NCBI RefSeq assembly: GCF_000175255.2
Contig: NC_017180.1
Span: 480-32,479, forward strand
Source: Zymomonas mobilis subsp. mobilis ATCC 10988
GTDB taxonomy: Bacteria; Pseudomonadota; Alphaproteobacteria; Sphingomonadales; Sphingomonadaceae
Direction of reading: 5' to 3'
Length of the DNA stretch: 32,000 nucleotides
Positions 1-9,379 of the stretch are shown piece after piece. Positions within the stretch are counted from its first letter, which is position 1. Each line of letters opens with the position of its first letter. The position numbers and the translations under genes are program-made. Under the pieces are notes generated by a model. The model had not been told where the DNA came from, ran no database searches, and was given only the letters and a program-made list of their open reading frames with translations.

Positions 1-2
1 GG

Positions 3-221
3 GCGTTCGGTTCACGTGCACGTTGGACTGCTAAAGATTATTCTGATCTGGATATTGTAATACTTGGTGAGGAGCCTCTCTCCGAAGAATTATTTATGGA
101 TTTGGAAAAAAATTTCACAGAATCGGATTTACCTTGGAAAGTAGATATTGTTGATTGGTACAATTTAGACGACGATTTTAAAAAGATAATAGAAAAAGAT
201 TATGTTGTGATACAAAAAAGA
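3..221 (+). CDS. Minimal nucleotidyltransferase (MNT / NTP_transf_2-type) domain, C-terminal part. The 5' end lies outside the window and there is no stop codon before hsdS.
   Basis: The frame is open from base 3: AFGSRARWTAKDYSDLDIVILGEEPLSEELFMDLEKNFTESDLPWKVDIVDWYNLDDDFKKIIEKDYVVIQKR. The GSRAR-x6-SDLDI motif plus the later DIVD segment is the hallmark of MNT proteins of HEPN/MNT modules. Confidence 0.7.
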
Positions 222-1493
222 AATATCACTAAATGGCCATCCGTTCGCCTTGATTCGATTTTAGTACCAACCGAAAGAATTTCTTATGGTGTCGTTCAAC
301 CTGGCAAAGAATCCTTAAATGGCGTACCCATTGTGCGTGTATCAGATGTACGCGATGGAATGATAAAAACAGAAAAGCCTTTAAAAATTTCACAAGAGGT
401 TGAAAATTCGTATTTACGCACACGTTTAACAGGAGGCGAACTCTTGCTGAGTATCGTTGGCACTGTTGGCGAAACGGCTATAGTGCCAGAATCTCTTAAA
501 GGATGGAATATCGCACGCGCAATTGCACGCATTCCAGTCCGAGAAGATATCGGCGCTCGATGGGTACAATTAGCACTTAAAACAGAAACCATTAAACAAC
601 TTATCAACAGCAAACTCAACACAACCGTACAACCAACACTTAATCTTCGTGATGTTTTTGAATTACCTGTACCGTTCCCATCTAAAGAAAAACGCTCCAG
701 TATTCTAAACATCCTCGGCTCCCTCGACGACAAAATCGACCTCAACCGCCGGACAAACGAAACACTGGAAGCCATGGCGCGAGCGTTGTTTCGGGACTGG
801 TTTGTCGACTTTGGGCCGACACGGGCAAAAATGGCCGGAGAAGCCCCTTACCTCGCACCAGAACTGTGGGAACTTTTTCCCGACAGGCTGGATGATGAAG
901 GTAAGCCAGAAGGGTGGAAAAATAGTCAAATTGGCAAACAATTTGATATTACCATGGGACAGTCCCCTCCTGGATATACATATAACTTAGACGGCAATGG
1001 TAAGCCTTTTTATCAAGGAAAAGCTGACTTCGGAACCATTTTCCCAACTCGTAGAATGTATTGCGCAGCCCCAAATCGTATGGCTTATACGTTTGATAGT
1101 TTGGTCAGCGTACGAGCACCTGTTGGAGAGGTAAATCTTTCAGCTGAAGAGTGTTGTATCGGAAGGGGGTTAGCAGCCATTCGCCATCCGCAGAATCTGC
1201 CTTACTATACCTATCTTGTAATGAAATCCCTAAGAAAAATATTTTTTTCTTTTGAAGACAACGGCACAGTATTCGGCTCCATCAACAAAAAGCAATTTGA
1301 AAAATTGGGTGTTTTAGAAAGTAAAGTCGAGAATGTTTTTGAGAAACGCGTAGACCCAATTTTTAAAAAAATTATTACCAATGAAGCCGAATCTTATACT
1401 CTTGCCCAGCTCCGAGACCTTCTTCTCCCAAAGCTCATGTCTGGTGAAATAAGTATCCGGAATGCCGAAAAGATGGTGAAAGACGCGGCATGA
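96..1493 (+). CDS. hsdS: Type I restriction-modification specificity subunit HsdS with two target-recognition domains. The HsdS-like sequence proper begins around 207-235; the ATG at 96 lies inside the MNT-like segment.
   Basis: TRD1 reads WPSVRLDSILVPTERISYGVVQPG...GELLLSIVGTVGETAIVP. The central conserved region reads LGSLDDKIDLNRRTNETLEAMARALFRDWFVDF. A second TRD follows, then the distal conserved LAQLRDLLLPKLMSGEI. The stop overlaps the hsdR start (ATGA at 1490-1493). Confidence 0.9.
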   Translation: MDLEKNFTESDLPWKVDIVDWYNLDDDFKKIIEKDYVVIQKRNITKWPSVRLDSILVPTERISYGVVQPGKESLNGVPIVRVSDVRDGMIKTEKPLKISQEVENSYLRTRLTGGELLLSIVGTVGETAIVPESLKGWNIARAIARIPVREDIGARWVQLALKTETIKQLINSKLNTTVQPTLNLRDVFELPVPFPSKEKRSSILNILGSLDDKIDLNRRTNETLEAMARALFRDWFVDFGPTRAKMAGEAPYLAPELWELFPDRLDDEGKPEGWKNSQIGKQFDITMGQSPPGYTYNLDGNGKPFYQGKADFGTIFPTRRMYCAAPNRMAYTFDSLVSVRAPVGEVNLSAEECCIGRGLAAIRHPQNLPYYTYLVMKSLRKIFFSFEDNGTVFGSINKKQFEKLGVLESKVENVFEKRVDPIFKKIITNEAESYTLAQLRDLLLPKLMSGEISIRNAEKMVKDAA

Positions 1494-4400
1494 GCTTTCT
1501 GTCTGAAAACGAGATCGAAGACTGGGCTTGCGATATTCTGCGCGAATGTGGCTACACCATTGTCTGGGGGCCAGATATTGCCCCCGGTGGCAAAAAGCCG
1601 GAACGCGCCTCGTTATCGGACGTCATTCTGGAAAAACGCCTGCGTGCGGCCATAGACCGTTTGAACCCACACCTTCTCCAAGCCTCGCGGGATGAAACTC
1701 TGCTGGCTCTGATCCGCGAAGACACACCCGACCATGTGGACGAAAACCGCCGCCTGCATGATTATCTGGTCAATGGCGTGCCGGTAGACGTGGTGCGCGA
1801 AGATGGCACACAGTCTGGCGACCGGGTGCGCCTTCTGGATTTTGATACCCCGGAGAATAATGACTTTCTGGTCGTGCGCCAGTTCGTCCTTGAAAAGGAC
1901 GAGGCCAACCGCAGGCCAGACCTCGTTCTGTTCATCAACGGCATGCCGCTTGGAGTGGTGGAACTCAAAAGCCCCAGTTCCGAGAACGCTACGCTGGATT
2001 CCGCATGGAACCAGTTCCAAACCTATCGCAGCCTTATTTCCTCCCTGTTCCGTTTCAATGAAGCGTTGATGATTTCAGATGGTACACAGGCCCGCGTTGG
2101 CTCCCTCACAGCCGGCCGTGACCGCTTCATGCCATGGCGCACCATCAACGGCGAAGACCTGATCGCCAAAAACCATGAGGAAATGGAAACCGTATTGCGG
2201 GGCGTGTTTACGCCACACTGGTTTCTGGGTCTGATCCGTGACTTTGTGCTGTTTGGCGAGAAGAACGGGAGTCCTATCAAAATTCTGGCGGGCTATCACC
2301 AGTTTCATGCCTGCCTGAAGGCTGTGACGCAGACTGTGCGGGCCTCTGCCCCGGATGGAAACCGCAAGGTGGGTGTAGTCTGGCACACGCAGGGGTCCGG
2401 CAAGAGCCTGCTCATGACGTTCTATGCAGGCGTGATCGCCCGCCACCCGGAGATGGAAAACCCCACCATCATTGTGCTGACAGACCGCAATGATCTGGAC
2501 GACCAGCTCTTCGCCACCTTCTCCGGCGCGCAGGCTTTACTCCGTCAGATACCGGAACAGGCGGACAGCCGAGACGACTTGCAGAAACTCCTCCGGCGTA
2601 CCTCGGGCGGTGTCATCTTTACCACCTTGCAGAAGTTCCAGCCCGAAGACGGCGAAACCAGCCTGCCCATGCTGACCGACCGGCGCAATGTGGTGGTCAT
2701 GGCAGATGAGGCGCACCGCAGCCAGTATGGGCTGGAAGCCAAATTCAACCCTAAGACCGGCAAAATGACCTATGGATTTGCCAAATATCTGCGCGACGCC
2801 CTTCCTAATGCCTCCTTTATCGGCTTTACCGGTACACCCATTGAAAATGCCGATGTGAACACACGCGGCATCTTTGGCGACTACATCGACATTTACGACA
2901 TCGCGCAGGCTGTCGAGGATGGCGCAACCGTGCCTATTTATTACGAAAGCCGCCTTGTGCGCATCGAACTGGATGAAGACCTCAAGGACGAGCTGGACGA
3001 TGAACTGGCCGATATTGTCGAAGGGCTTTGCGAGAACGAGGAACACAAGCTCAGCCAGAAATACTCCCGCGTAGAAGCTTTGGTCGGCTCGGAACCCCGC
3101 CTGCGCCGGATTGCCGTAGACCTTGTAACCCATTTTGAAAACCGCCTGAATGCCCTTGAAGGAAAAGGCATGATAGTTGGTATGAGCCGGGCCATTTGTG
3201 TGGCTCTGTATAACGAGATCATCCGCCTGCGCCCCGCATGGCATAGTGATGATGACAATGAAGGAGCCATCAAGGTGGTAATGACCGGCAGTTCATCCGA
3301 CCCTGCCGGGTTGCAGCCCCATATTGGCAAGAAATCCAAAGCCCGACGTGAACTACTGGCAAAGCGCATGAAGGACAACAATGACCCGCTCCGTCTGGTT
3401 ATTGTGCGCGACATGTGGCTGACGGGTTTTGACGTGCCTTCCATGCACACCATGTATGTGGATAAGCCTATGCGCGGGCATGGATTGATGCAGGCCATTG
3501 CCCGCGTCAACCGTGTATTCAAGGGCAAACCCGGTGGTCTGGTGGTAGACTATATCGGCCTCGCTCAGAATCTAAAGGCGGCTCTGGGTGAATATTCAGC
3601 CGGAGACCGCGAGCAGGTCGGCATTGATGAAGGCAAAGCCATCCGCGCCTTGCAGGAACGCTACGAAGTCGTGCGAGCCATGTTCAATCCTGGTCAGGCC
3701 GCTGGCTTTGACTACCGCCCAGCCTTGCAGGACGAGGCAACAGCTAAGACCAAGCTCTCCATCATGGCAGGAGCACTTGACCATATTCTGGGTCAGCAGC
3801 AACGCGCCATGGTAACAGCCAAAAGCGCTGAAGAGCGTAAAGCGATCCAGAAACGCTACCCGGATGGAGTCAAGGCGCTTTCAGTCGCCTTTGCTCTGGC
3901 CTCTGCCAGTGATGAAGCTGCCAGACTGCGCGATGAAATCGGGTTTTTCGAGGCAGTCAGGGCGGCACTGGTCAAAAGTGCGAGCAATGGCAGCGATGGA
4001 CGCAGTGCGCAGGAACTCGAGCTAGCTATCAAGCAACTGGTCAGCAAGGCGGTCATTTCAACCGATATTATCGATATCATGGAAGTCGCAGGCATTGGAA
4101 AACCTGATATTTCCATCCTCTCGGACACCTTCTTGCAGGAAGTGCGGGAAATGCCTCAGCGCAATCTGGCCATTGATGCGCTCAAAAAGCTGCTGGAAGG
4201 CCAGATACGTAGCCGCACACGCACCAACATCACGGAAGCCGAAGCTTTCTCACAAAGACTGGAACAAGCTGTCGCCCGTTACCATGCCAATGCACTCACA
4301 TCTGCCCAGATACTGGATGAACTTATCCGCATGGCGCATGATATGGTCTCCGCTTGCGACCGGGGCGAGGAACTGGGACTGACACAGGAAGAAATCGCCT

Positions 4401-4675
4401 TTTATGACGCACTCGCACAGAATGAAAGCGCCAAGGAGGCCATGGGTGACCCTGGTCTACGCGCTATTGCTACAGCTTTAGTAAAGACCATTCGGGTAAA
4501 TGCTACCGTTGATTGGACCGTCATGGCCCAAGCCCGCGCCAAAATGCGTACATCTGTCAAGCGTCTACTTCGCCGCTATGGATACCCGCCTGATATGCAA
4601 GATGAAGCTGTACAGCACATCCTGCGACAGGCCGAACAATTTGCACCTGTTTGGGCTGAGCAAGGAGGTATATAA
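1490..4675 (+). CDS. hsdR: Type I restriction enzyme R subunit (HsdR), 1061 aa
   Basis: N-terminal PD-(D/E)xK-like nuclease motif (PDLVLFINGMPLGVVELK). SF2 helicase motif I (WHTQGSGKSLLM) and motif II (MADEAHRSQ). The length and position after hsdS are typical. Confidence 0.95.
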   Translation: MSFLSENEIEDWACDILRECGYTIVWGPDIAPGGKKPERASLSDVILEKRLRAAIDRLNPHLLQASRDETLLALIREDTPDHVDENRRLHDYLVNGVPVDVVREDGTQSGDRVRLLDFDTPENNDFLVVRQFVLEKDEANRRPDLVLFINGMPLGVVELKSPSSENATLDSAWNQFQTYRSLISSLFRFNEALMISDGTQARVGSLTAGRDRFMPWRTINGEDLIAKNHEEMETVLRGVFTPHWFLGLIRDFVLFGEKNGSPIKILAGYHQFHACLKAVTQTVRASAPDGNRKVGVVWHTQGSGKSLLMTFYAGVIARHPEMENPTIIVLTDRNDLDDQLFATFSGAQALLRQIPEQADSRDDLQKLLRRTSGGVIFTTLQKFQPEDGETSLPMLTDRRNVVVMADEAHRSQYGLEAKFNPKTGKMTYGFAKYLRDALPNASFIGFTGTPIENADVNTRGIFGDYIDIYDIAQAVEDGATVPIYYESRLVRIELDEDLKDELDDELADIVEGLCENEEHKLSQKYSRVEALVGSEPRLRRIAVDLVTHFENRLNALEGKGMIVGMSRAICVALYNEIIRLRPAWHSDDDNEGAIKVVMTGSSSDPAGLQPHIGKKSKARRELLAKRMKDNNDPLRLVIVRDMWLTGFDVPSMHTMYVDKPMRGHGLMQAIARVNRVFKGKPGGLVVDYIGLAQNLKAALGEYSAGDREQVGIDEGKAIRALQERYEVVRAMFNPGQAAGFDYRPALQDEATAKTKLSIMAGALDHILGQQQRAMVTAKSAEERKAIQKRYPDGVKALSVAFALASASDEAARLRDEIGFFEAVRAALVKSASNGSDGRSAQELELAIKQLVSKAVISTDIIDIMEVAGIGKPDISILSDTFLQEVREMPQRNLAIDALKKLLEGQIRSRTRTNITEAEAFSQRLEQAVARYHANALTSAQILDELIRMAHDMVSACDRGEELGLTQEEIAFYDALAQNESAKEAMGDPGLRAIATALVKTIRVNATVDWTVMAQARAKMRTSVKRLLRRYGYPPDMQDEAVQHILRQAEQFAPVWAEQGGI

Positions 4676-4702
4676 ATATACTAAATTTATATGATTTTTT
4701 TT
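4671..4702 (+). terminator. Weak candidate intrinsic terminator after hsdR
   Basis: AT-only 7-bp stem tataaat/atttata (4671-4677 / 4685-4691), followed by tga and then T8 (4695-4702). The stem is weak. Confidence 0.3.
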
Positions 4703-5230
4703 GTATTAAAACGCGACCAGCAAGACCATTTTCTTGTAAATGACGAGCAATGCTAAATAGATTGAATTCTTTCCTTGGGGGGGGGCAATTGCAAAAAAAT
4801 AGGAAAACTTTGGGTATTAAGAAGTGGAACGCATTACATAGATAAGCTTGGAAGACTAAGTGATTTTTGGTAGTAATGCGCCTGCCAATAAACGGCTTTT
4901 ATATTGGTTAGCTTTCTCTTTCAGTCGTGTAAGATGTAAATTTTCGCCCTCGGTTGTAGTAATTATAAAAGAAGTTACTCGATCATTTTGAACCTATGAT
5001 AATTCGATTTTTCTAGTAACCTTAATAAATGAAGCAGTCCCGACGTGTCACCATATGCTATAGCAAAATAAGAAAACCTTTCTTCGCCTTTTTGAATCTT
5101 GCTGCTGTAAAATTATGACTACCTTTTTTTGTCAACAGTACCTAATTATGTCATGAATTTTGAAAAGATTTATTAGTATAATAACCGAATATATCGTTCT
5201 ATAGATAACGATAAATATTTTTGTGACATT

Positions 5231-6334
5231 TTATTTCGTAACATTTGAGATAATCTTAGAAATAGCTATTTCAAAAAAATTGAGTTCTTGAGGAGTTGCT
5301 GTCCCAACCCTGATCCAATTCAAATAGTTAGGATCGTTAAAAATACGAACATCTACGCCTTGAGACATGAGGGCGTCTTTCATTTTTTGCGCAGGTCGTA
5401 AAGTATTAATATAAACAAAGGTTCCTTCGCTCGGTAAATAAGGTAATCTATTATTTTTACATATTTTGTAAATTATCTTTCGACAAGAATTTAAATAGTT
5501 TATTGCACCTTGTAAGTAATTAGAATCTCTAAAACAGGCTTGTGCAGCAGCGTAACCCGCTTGATTTCGAGAGGTTGTTGTTAAACTGTACAGTTGTTTA
5601 ATCCGTTGTGGTTGGGCAAGGCAATATCCAATTCTTAGACCTGCAAGTCCATATACTTTTGAAAATGTACGTGTAACGATTATATCAGCATTTTTATTAA
5701 GTAACGGAGCAACTGTTTTTTGAGAAAAATTTGATAAAAGTTCATAATAAGCTTCATCAATAATGATAGGTATCTTTGTAGATATTTCTATACAGAAACT
5801 GAATAATTCAGATATATCAAGTACAGTCCCTGTTGGATTATTGGGATTGCATAAATAAATAAGTGCGGTTTGTGAGGTTATTGCAGATTTTATAGCTTCT
5901 AAGTCGATCTTATGGTTTTTTAATGGTATAAAATCTACAGTTATACCTCGCCGTTGTGCATATGATAGATGAGTAGAATAAGTTGGACTAGGCGCAATAA
6001 TTGTTCCATTCCGTCCAATATCAGCAGAAAGCAAAGACAAAGTATCAAGAGATCCATTTGATAGTCCGACCTGTTCAACTTTAAGATGCTCATACTGCGC
6101 AATTTTTACTCGTAGTTCGGACTCGTCTTCTATGTAATAGGGAGCTTTTGATATACAGGCTGCAATAGCTTGGCGCGCATTGAGCGATGGGCCAAATGGA
6201 TTTTTTGTAACATTTAACCTTGCCCGTATAGGTCTATCGCAGGATAACTGTGCATTTAATTCCTTATTTCCTAAAAAAGTCGGACCCATAATACTGGCAG
6301 CTTGTAAAATCTTACGTCGATTAAGATGCACCAT
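5231..6334 (-). CDS. Class I/II PLP-dependent aminotransferase (HisC/histidinol-phosphate aminotransferase-like) with an N-terminal twin-arginine-like signal
   Basis: The TFSKVYGLAGLRIGY motif carries the PLP-lysine and NPNNPTG is also present. The N-terminus MVHLNRRKILQAASIMGPTFLG resembles a Tat signal (RRxhL followed by a hydrophobic stretch). Confidence 0.8.
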   Translation of the reverse strand: MVHLNRRKILQAASIMGPTFLGNKELNAQLSCDRPIRARLNVTKNPFGPSLNARQAIAACISKAPYYIEDESELRVKIAQYEHLKVEQVGLSNGSLDTLSLLSADIGRNGTIIAPSPTYSTHLSYAQRRGITVDFIPLKNHKIDLEAIKSAITSQTALIYLCNPNNPTGTVLDISELFSFCIEISTKIPIIIDEAYYELLSNFSQKTVAPLLNKNADIIVTRTFSKVYGLAGLRIGYCLAQPQRIKQLYSLTTTSRNQAGYAAAQACFRDSNYLQGAINYLNSCRKIIYKICKNNRLPYLPSEGTFVYINTLRPAQKMKDALMSQGVDVRIFNDPNYLNWIRVGTATPQELNFFEIAISKIISNVTK

Positions 6335-6529
6335 CTGATAAATCCAAAGTAAAATGCGCTATTAGAAAATCTCTTTTATTTTTTATCACAAAAATATTAC
6401 AATTTTGTAACATTAAAATGTTAATTAATAATAAAATTATAAAATGTCATATTTTTTTAATAATTTTCATAGATGGAAGCTCAATAAATGAAATGTCTGA
6501 GCCTCTTTATTATGATCTGGAAGAATATT

Positions 6530-9118
6530 ATGGCAATTCGAAAAGCTCTTCTGATTAGTACTTTTTCTACTTTAAGCATTACATCCACTAATGTTGTCTT
6601 CGCAGCAGAAAAAAAAGATATAAATGACATCCAAAAACAAAAGGCGACAATAGAAAAATCAAATAATAACTCCGATATTTCACCAAATAATAGTTCGGAT
6701 ACTTTAATTGTTACAGGTACCAGAACGGTTAATAGGCAGGCGCGCCAGAGCGCTTCACCCGTTAGTGTATTGTCTGCAGCTAATTTACAGCGTTCTGGAC
6801 AACTCAATTTAGCAGATGCCATTACTCGAACTTATGCATCGATCAACGTTAGTACGATGGGGAATGATGCGGGGGCTCTTACATCGGCTTTTCGTATGCG
6901 AGGATTAAACCCAAATCAGGTTTTAGTACTTGTAAACGGAAAAAGGCGCCACACGACAGCCAATATTTATGCTGATGCAGGACCCGATTTTGGTGCAACG
7001 CCTGTTGATCTTAATATGCTTCCATCTGCATCAATAGAGCATATTGAAGTGTTAGAAGATGGGGCTGCCGCTCAATATGGCTCGGATGCTATTGCTGGCG
7101 TTGTAAATATTATTACAAAAAAAAGTAATAATGGTTTAAATGCGAGTGTCCAAACGGGTGCAAATGCTTATAATGGGGATGGTTGGCAATATCAGGCTAA
7201 TATTGATGGTGGTCTTTCTTTAGGAAAAAATGGGTATTTGCATTTGAGTGCCCAGTCGTACCGTGCAAATCATATGGTGCCCTATACGGAAGATCATCGT
7301 TTGTTAGGATATAAGCCCGCAGGTGCGGGAACTTCTTTATATACCGATTCTGTTTCAGTCCCTCTTAATTCTAACAAGGTTATGAGTACCCCGAAAGAAA
7401 CGCGCGAAAATTTGAGTATTGATTTTGGCAAACCGCTTTCCGATGGAGTGGAAGGGTACGGTTTAATAACCTATGCTCATCGTCAGTCAGAGTCCTACCA
7501 AAATTATCGGACGCCTGATACCGTACCCACTATCTATCCTTATGGTTTCTCGCCTCTCGAGACGATTAAAGAAAATGATTACGCAGCGACATTGGGTCTA
7601 AAAGGAGATAACCTTTTTGGGTTTTCTTGGGACGCTAGCTCAACCTATGGGGCAGATGAGGATGATATCGGTAATAAAAATAGTATAAATAATGGTATGC
7701 TCAGTACTAAATGTATTGACCGTCGTCAAAATCCTCAAACAACTAGCGCCTATGCTTCCAGTCAAGGGTGCGGTTGGTCACCAACAAAGACACGCGCCGA
7801 ATCCTATCGGATGGCTCAGTGGACTAATAACTTAGATATTAGACGAAGTATAAATACCGGATTCGCTACTTCAACAATATTAGTCTTTGGTGCAGAACAC
7901 AGACTTGAAACCTATGAAATTAAGGCTGGTGATCCGCCTTCTTATGAAGCCGGTGGTATGGCAGGATATGTTGGTCTTAGTCCGCAAAATGCAGGACATT
8001 GGAATAGAAACATTTTTGCGGGATATGTGGATGCTGATTTCCATCCTTTAAAAAAATGGAATATCGACTTTGCTGGTAGATTTGAACATTATTCAGATGT
8101 TGGAAATACTTTAAATGGAAAATTTTCTACCCGCTATGATATTTCGCACCATATTGCCGTTCGTGGTACCGTTAGTAACGGTTTCCGTGCACCGACACTA
8201 GCAGAACAGCATTTTAGCTCTATTAATGTTGGAGCAACAACGGTCTCTGGATTGCTGCCCGTAAGTTCGAACGCTGCTCATATTCTTGGAGCCTCTCCTC
8301 TTAAACCGGAAAGATCTTTTAATGCCAGTGGTGGTATTGTTTTAGAGCCTATAAAGGGCTTTCATATAGAAGCCGATGCTTATCAAATTAATATTCGTAA
8401 TAGAATTATCGCTGGAGGATCAACAAATGGCAGTAATGCAATTTCGGCATTGGATAGCTTGGGTTTTGTAATCCCATCCGGCTTAGATCCTAATGCTGTT
8501 AGTACTTATTATTTTGCAAATGGAGCCAATACTCGAACCAGAGGGTTAGATGTAAAAGCGGACTATTTGGTTCATTTGCATGAACTCGGTATTTTATCAC
8601 TCTCTGCTTCCTTAGACATTAACAAAACCATTTTAACGCATGTTGCATCTACAACGGCGAATGGTGTTTCCGTTCCATTACTTAATGCTGCCACTGCTGG
8701 TTATATTACGAGTTCTTATCCTCGTAGTAAGTTAATCCTGAATGCTTTTTGGGAAGTCGGTAAATGGAATATAAATTTGCGTGAAACACGATATGGCTCC
8801 ACAACTAATATGCTGGTTTATCAAGATTGGACACCTAGTTCTGCAATATGTGAGGCAAATGGTAAAGCTTTGCGCTACTCAAATACTTGTTTTGCTAAAT
8901 TTAAAAATACACCACGCTGGATGACTGATATTGAAGTAGGATATAATATAAATTCAAAGATACATCTTGCTGTTGGTGCCAATAATATTTTTAATGTCCG
9001 ACCTCGTCGTGTAAATCAAATAAATAATAATTATGGTGCCCGTATTTATGACGCCAATTCTGCACAAGTACCAATGACTGGTGCTTTCTATTACGGGCGT
9101 GTTTCTGTAAAAATTTAA
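6530..9118 (+). CDS. TonB-dependent outer-membrane receptor
   Basis: Signal peptide MAIRKALLISTFSTLSITSTNVVFA and a TonB-box-like DTLIVTGTR. Plug-domain motifs are present (RGLNPNQVLVLVNGKR, IEHIEVLEDGAAAQYGSDAIAGVVNIITK), followed by a long beta-barrel. The ATG at 6530 has a GGAAG 8 nt upstream; the longest ORF starts at 6488. Confidence 0.9.
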   Translation: MAIRKALLISTFSTLSITSTNVVFAAEKKDINDIQKQKATIEKSNNNSDISPNNSSDTLIVTGTRTVNRQARQSASPVSVLSAANLQRSGQLNLADAITRTYASINVSTMGNDAGALTSAFRMRGLNPNQVLVLVNGKRRHTTANIYADAGPDFGATPVDLNMLPSASIEHIEVLEDGAAAQYGSDAIAGVVNIITKKSNNGLNASVQTGANAYNGDGWQYQANIDGGLSLGKNGYLHLSAQSYRANHMVPYTEDHRLLGYKPAGAGTSLYTDSVSVPLNSNKVMSTPKETRENLSIDFGKPLSDGVEGYGLITYAHRQSESYQNYRTPDTVPTIYPYGFSPLETIKENDYAATLGLKGDNLFGFSWDASSTYGADEDDIGNKNSINNGMLSTKCIDRRQNPQTTSAYASSQGCGWSPTKTRAESYRMAQWTNNLDIRRSINTGFATSTILVFGAEHRLETYEIKAGDPPSYEAGGMAGYVGLSPQNAGHWNRNIFAGYVDADFHPLKKWNIDFAGRFEHYSDVGNTLNGKFSTRYDISHHIAVRGTVSNGFRAPTLAEQHFSSINVGATTVSGLLPVSSNAAHILGASPLKPERSFNASGGIVLEPIKGFHIEADAYQINIRNRIIAGGSTNGSNAISALDSLGFVIPSGLDPNAVSTYYFANGANTRTRGLDVKADYLVHLHELGILSLSASLDINKTILTHVASTTANGVSVPLLNAATAGYITSSYPRSKLILNAFWEVGKWNINLRETRYGSTTNMLVYQDWTPSSAICEANGKALRYSNTCFAKFKNTPRWMTDIEVGYNINSKIHLAVGANNIFNVRPRRVNQINNNYGARIYDANSAQVPMTGAFYYGRVSVKI

Positions 9119-9125
9119 TTATCTA

Positions 9126-9155
9126 AGTTATGTACGATTAAAATCGTACATAACT
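9126..9155 (+). terminator. Hairpin terminator candidate after the TonB-dependent receptor
   Basis: Perfect 14-bp inverted repeat agttatgtacgatt / aatcgtacataact 8 nt after the stop, followed by an AT/T-rich tail (taataattataaatttatttt). Confidence 0.5.
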
Positions 9156-9379
9156 AATAATTATAAATTTATTTTGACAGTGATTTTTTTGAAACTTAAA
9201 TGAATATATATAAATATGCGATATTGTTTGGAATTTACTTAATTTTTTTGCAAAAAAATGCAGGATTGCAAAGTGCTCAACCGTATCGGATGTTCAATAA
9301 GATTAAACCATGTGACAACTTAGCCAATGAAAGATGGCTGAATCTTAGGCTTATGAGCTATTAACTTATTAACAGGTTG

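Noticed and set aside
2537-3528. Long minus-strand ORFs (235 aa at 2537-3244, 195 aa at 2941-3528, and several shorter ones) inside hsdR
   Set aside because: These are antisense shadow ORFs of a GC-rich, clearly coding gene. Their sequences are low-complexity (Ser/Arg/Ala-rich) with no recognisable motifs.
6361-6487. Fur box upstream of the TonB-dependent receptor
   Set aside because: The best candidate (ttaattaataataaaatta) matches only about half of the 19-bp Fur consensus. That is not distinguishable from chance in nearly pure AT sequence.
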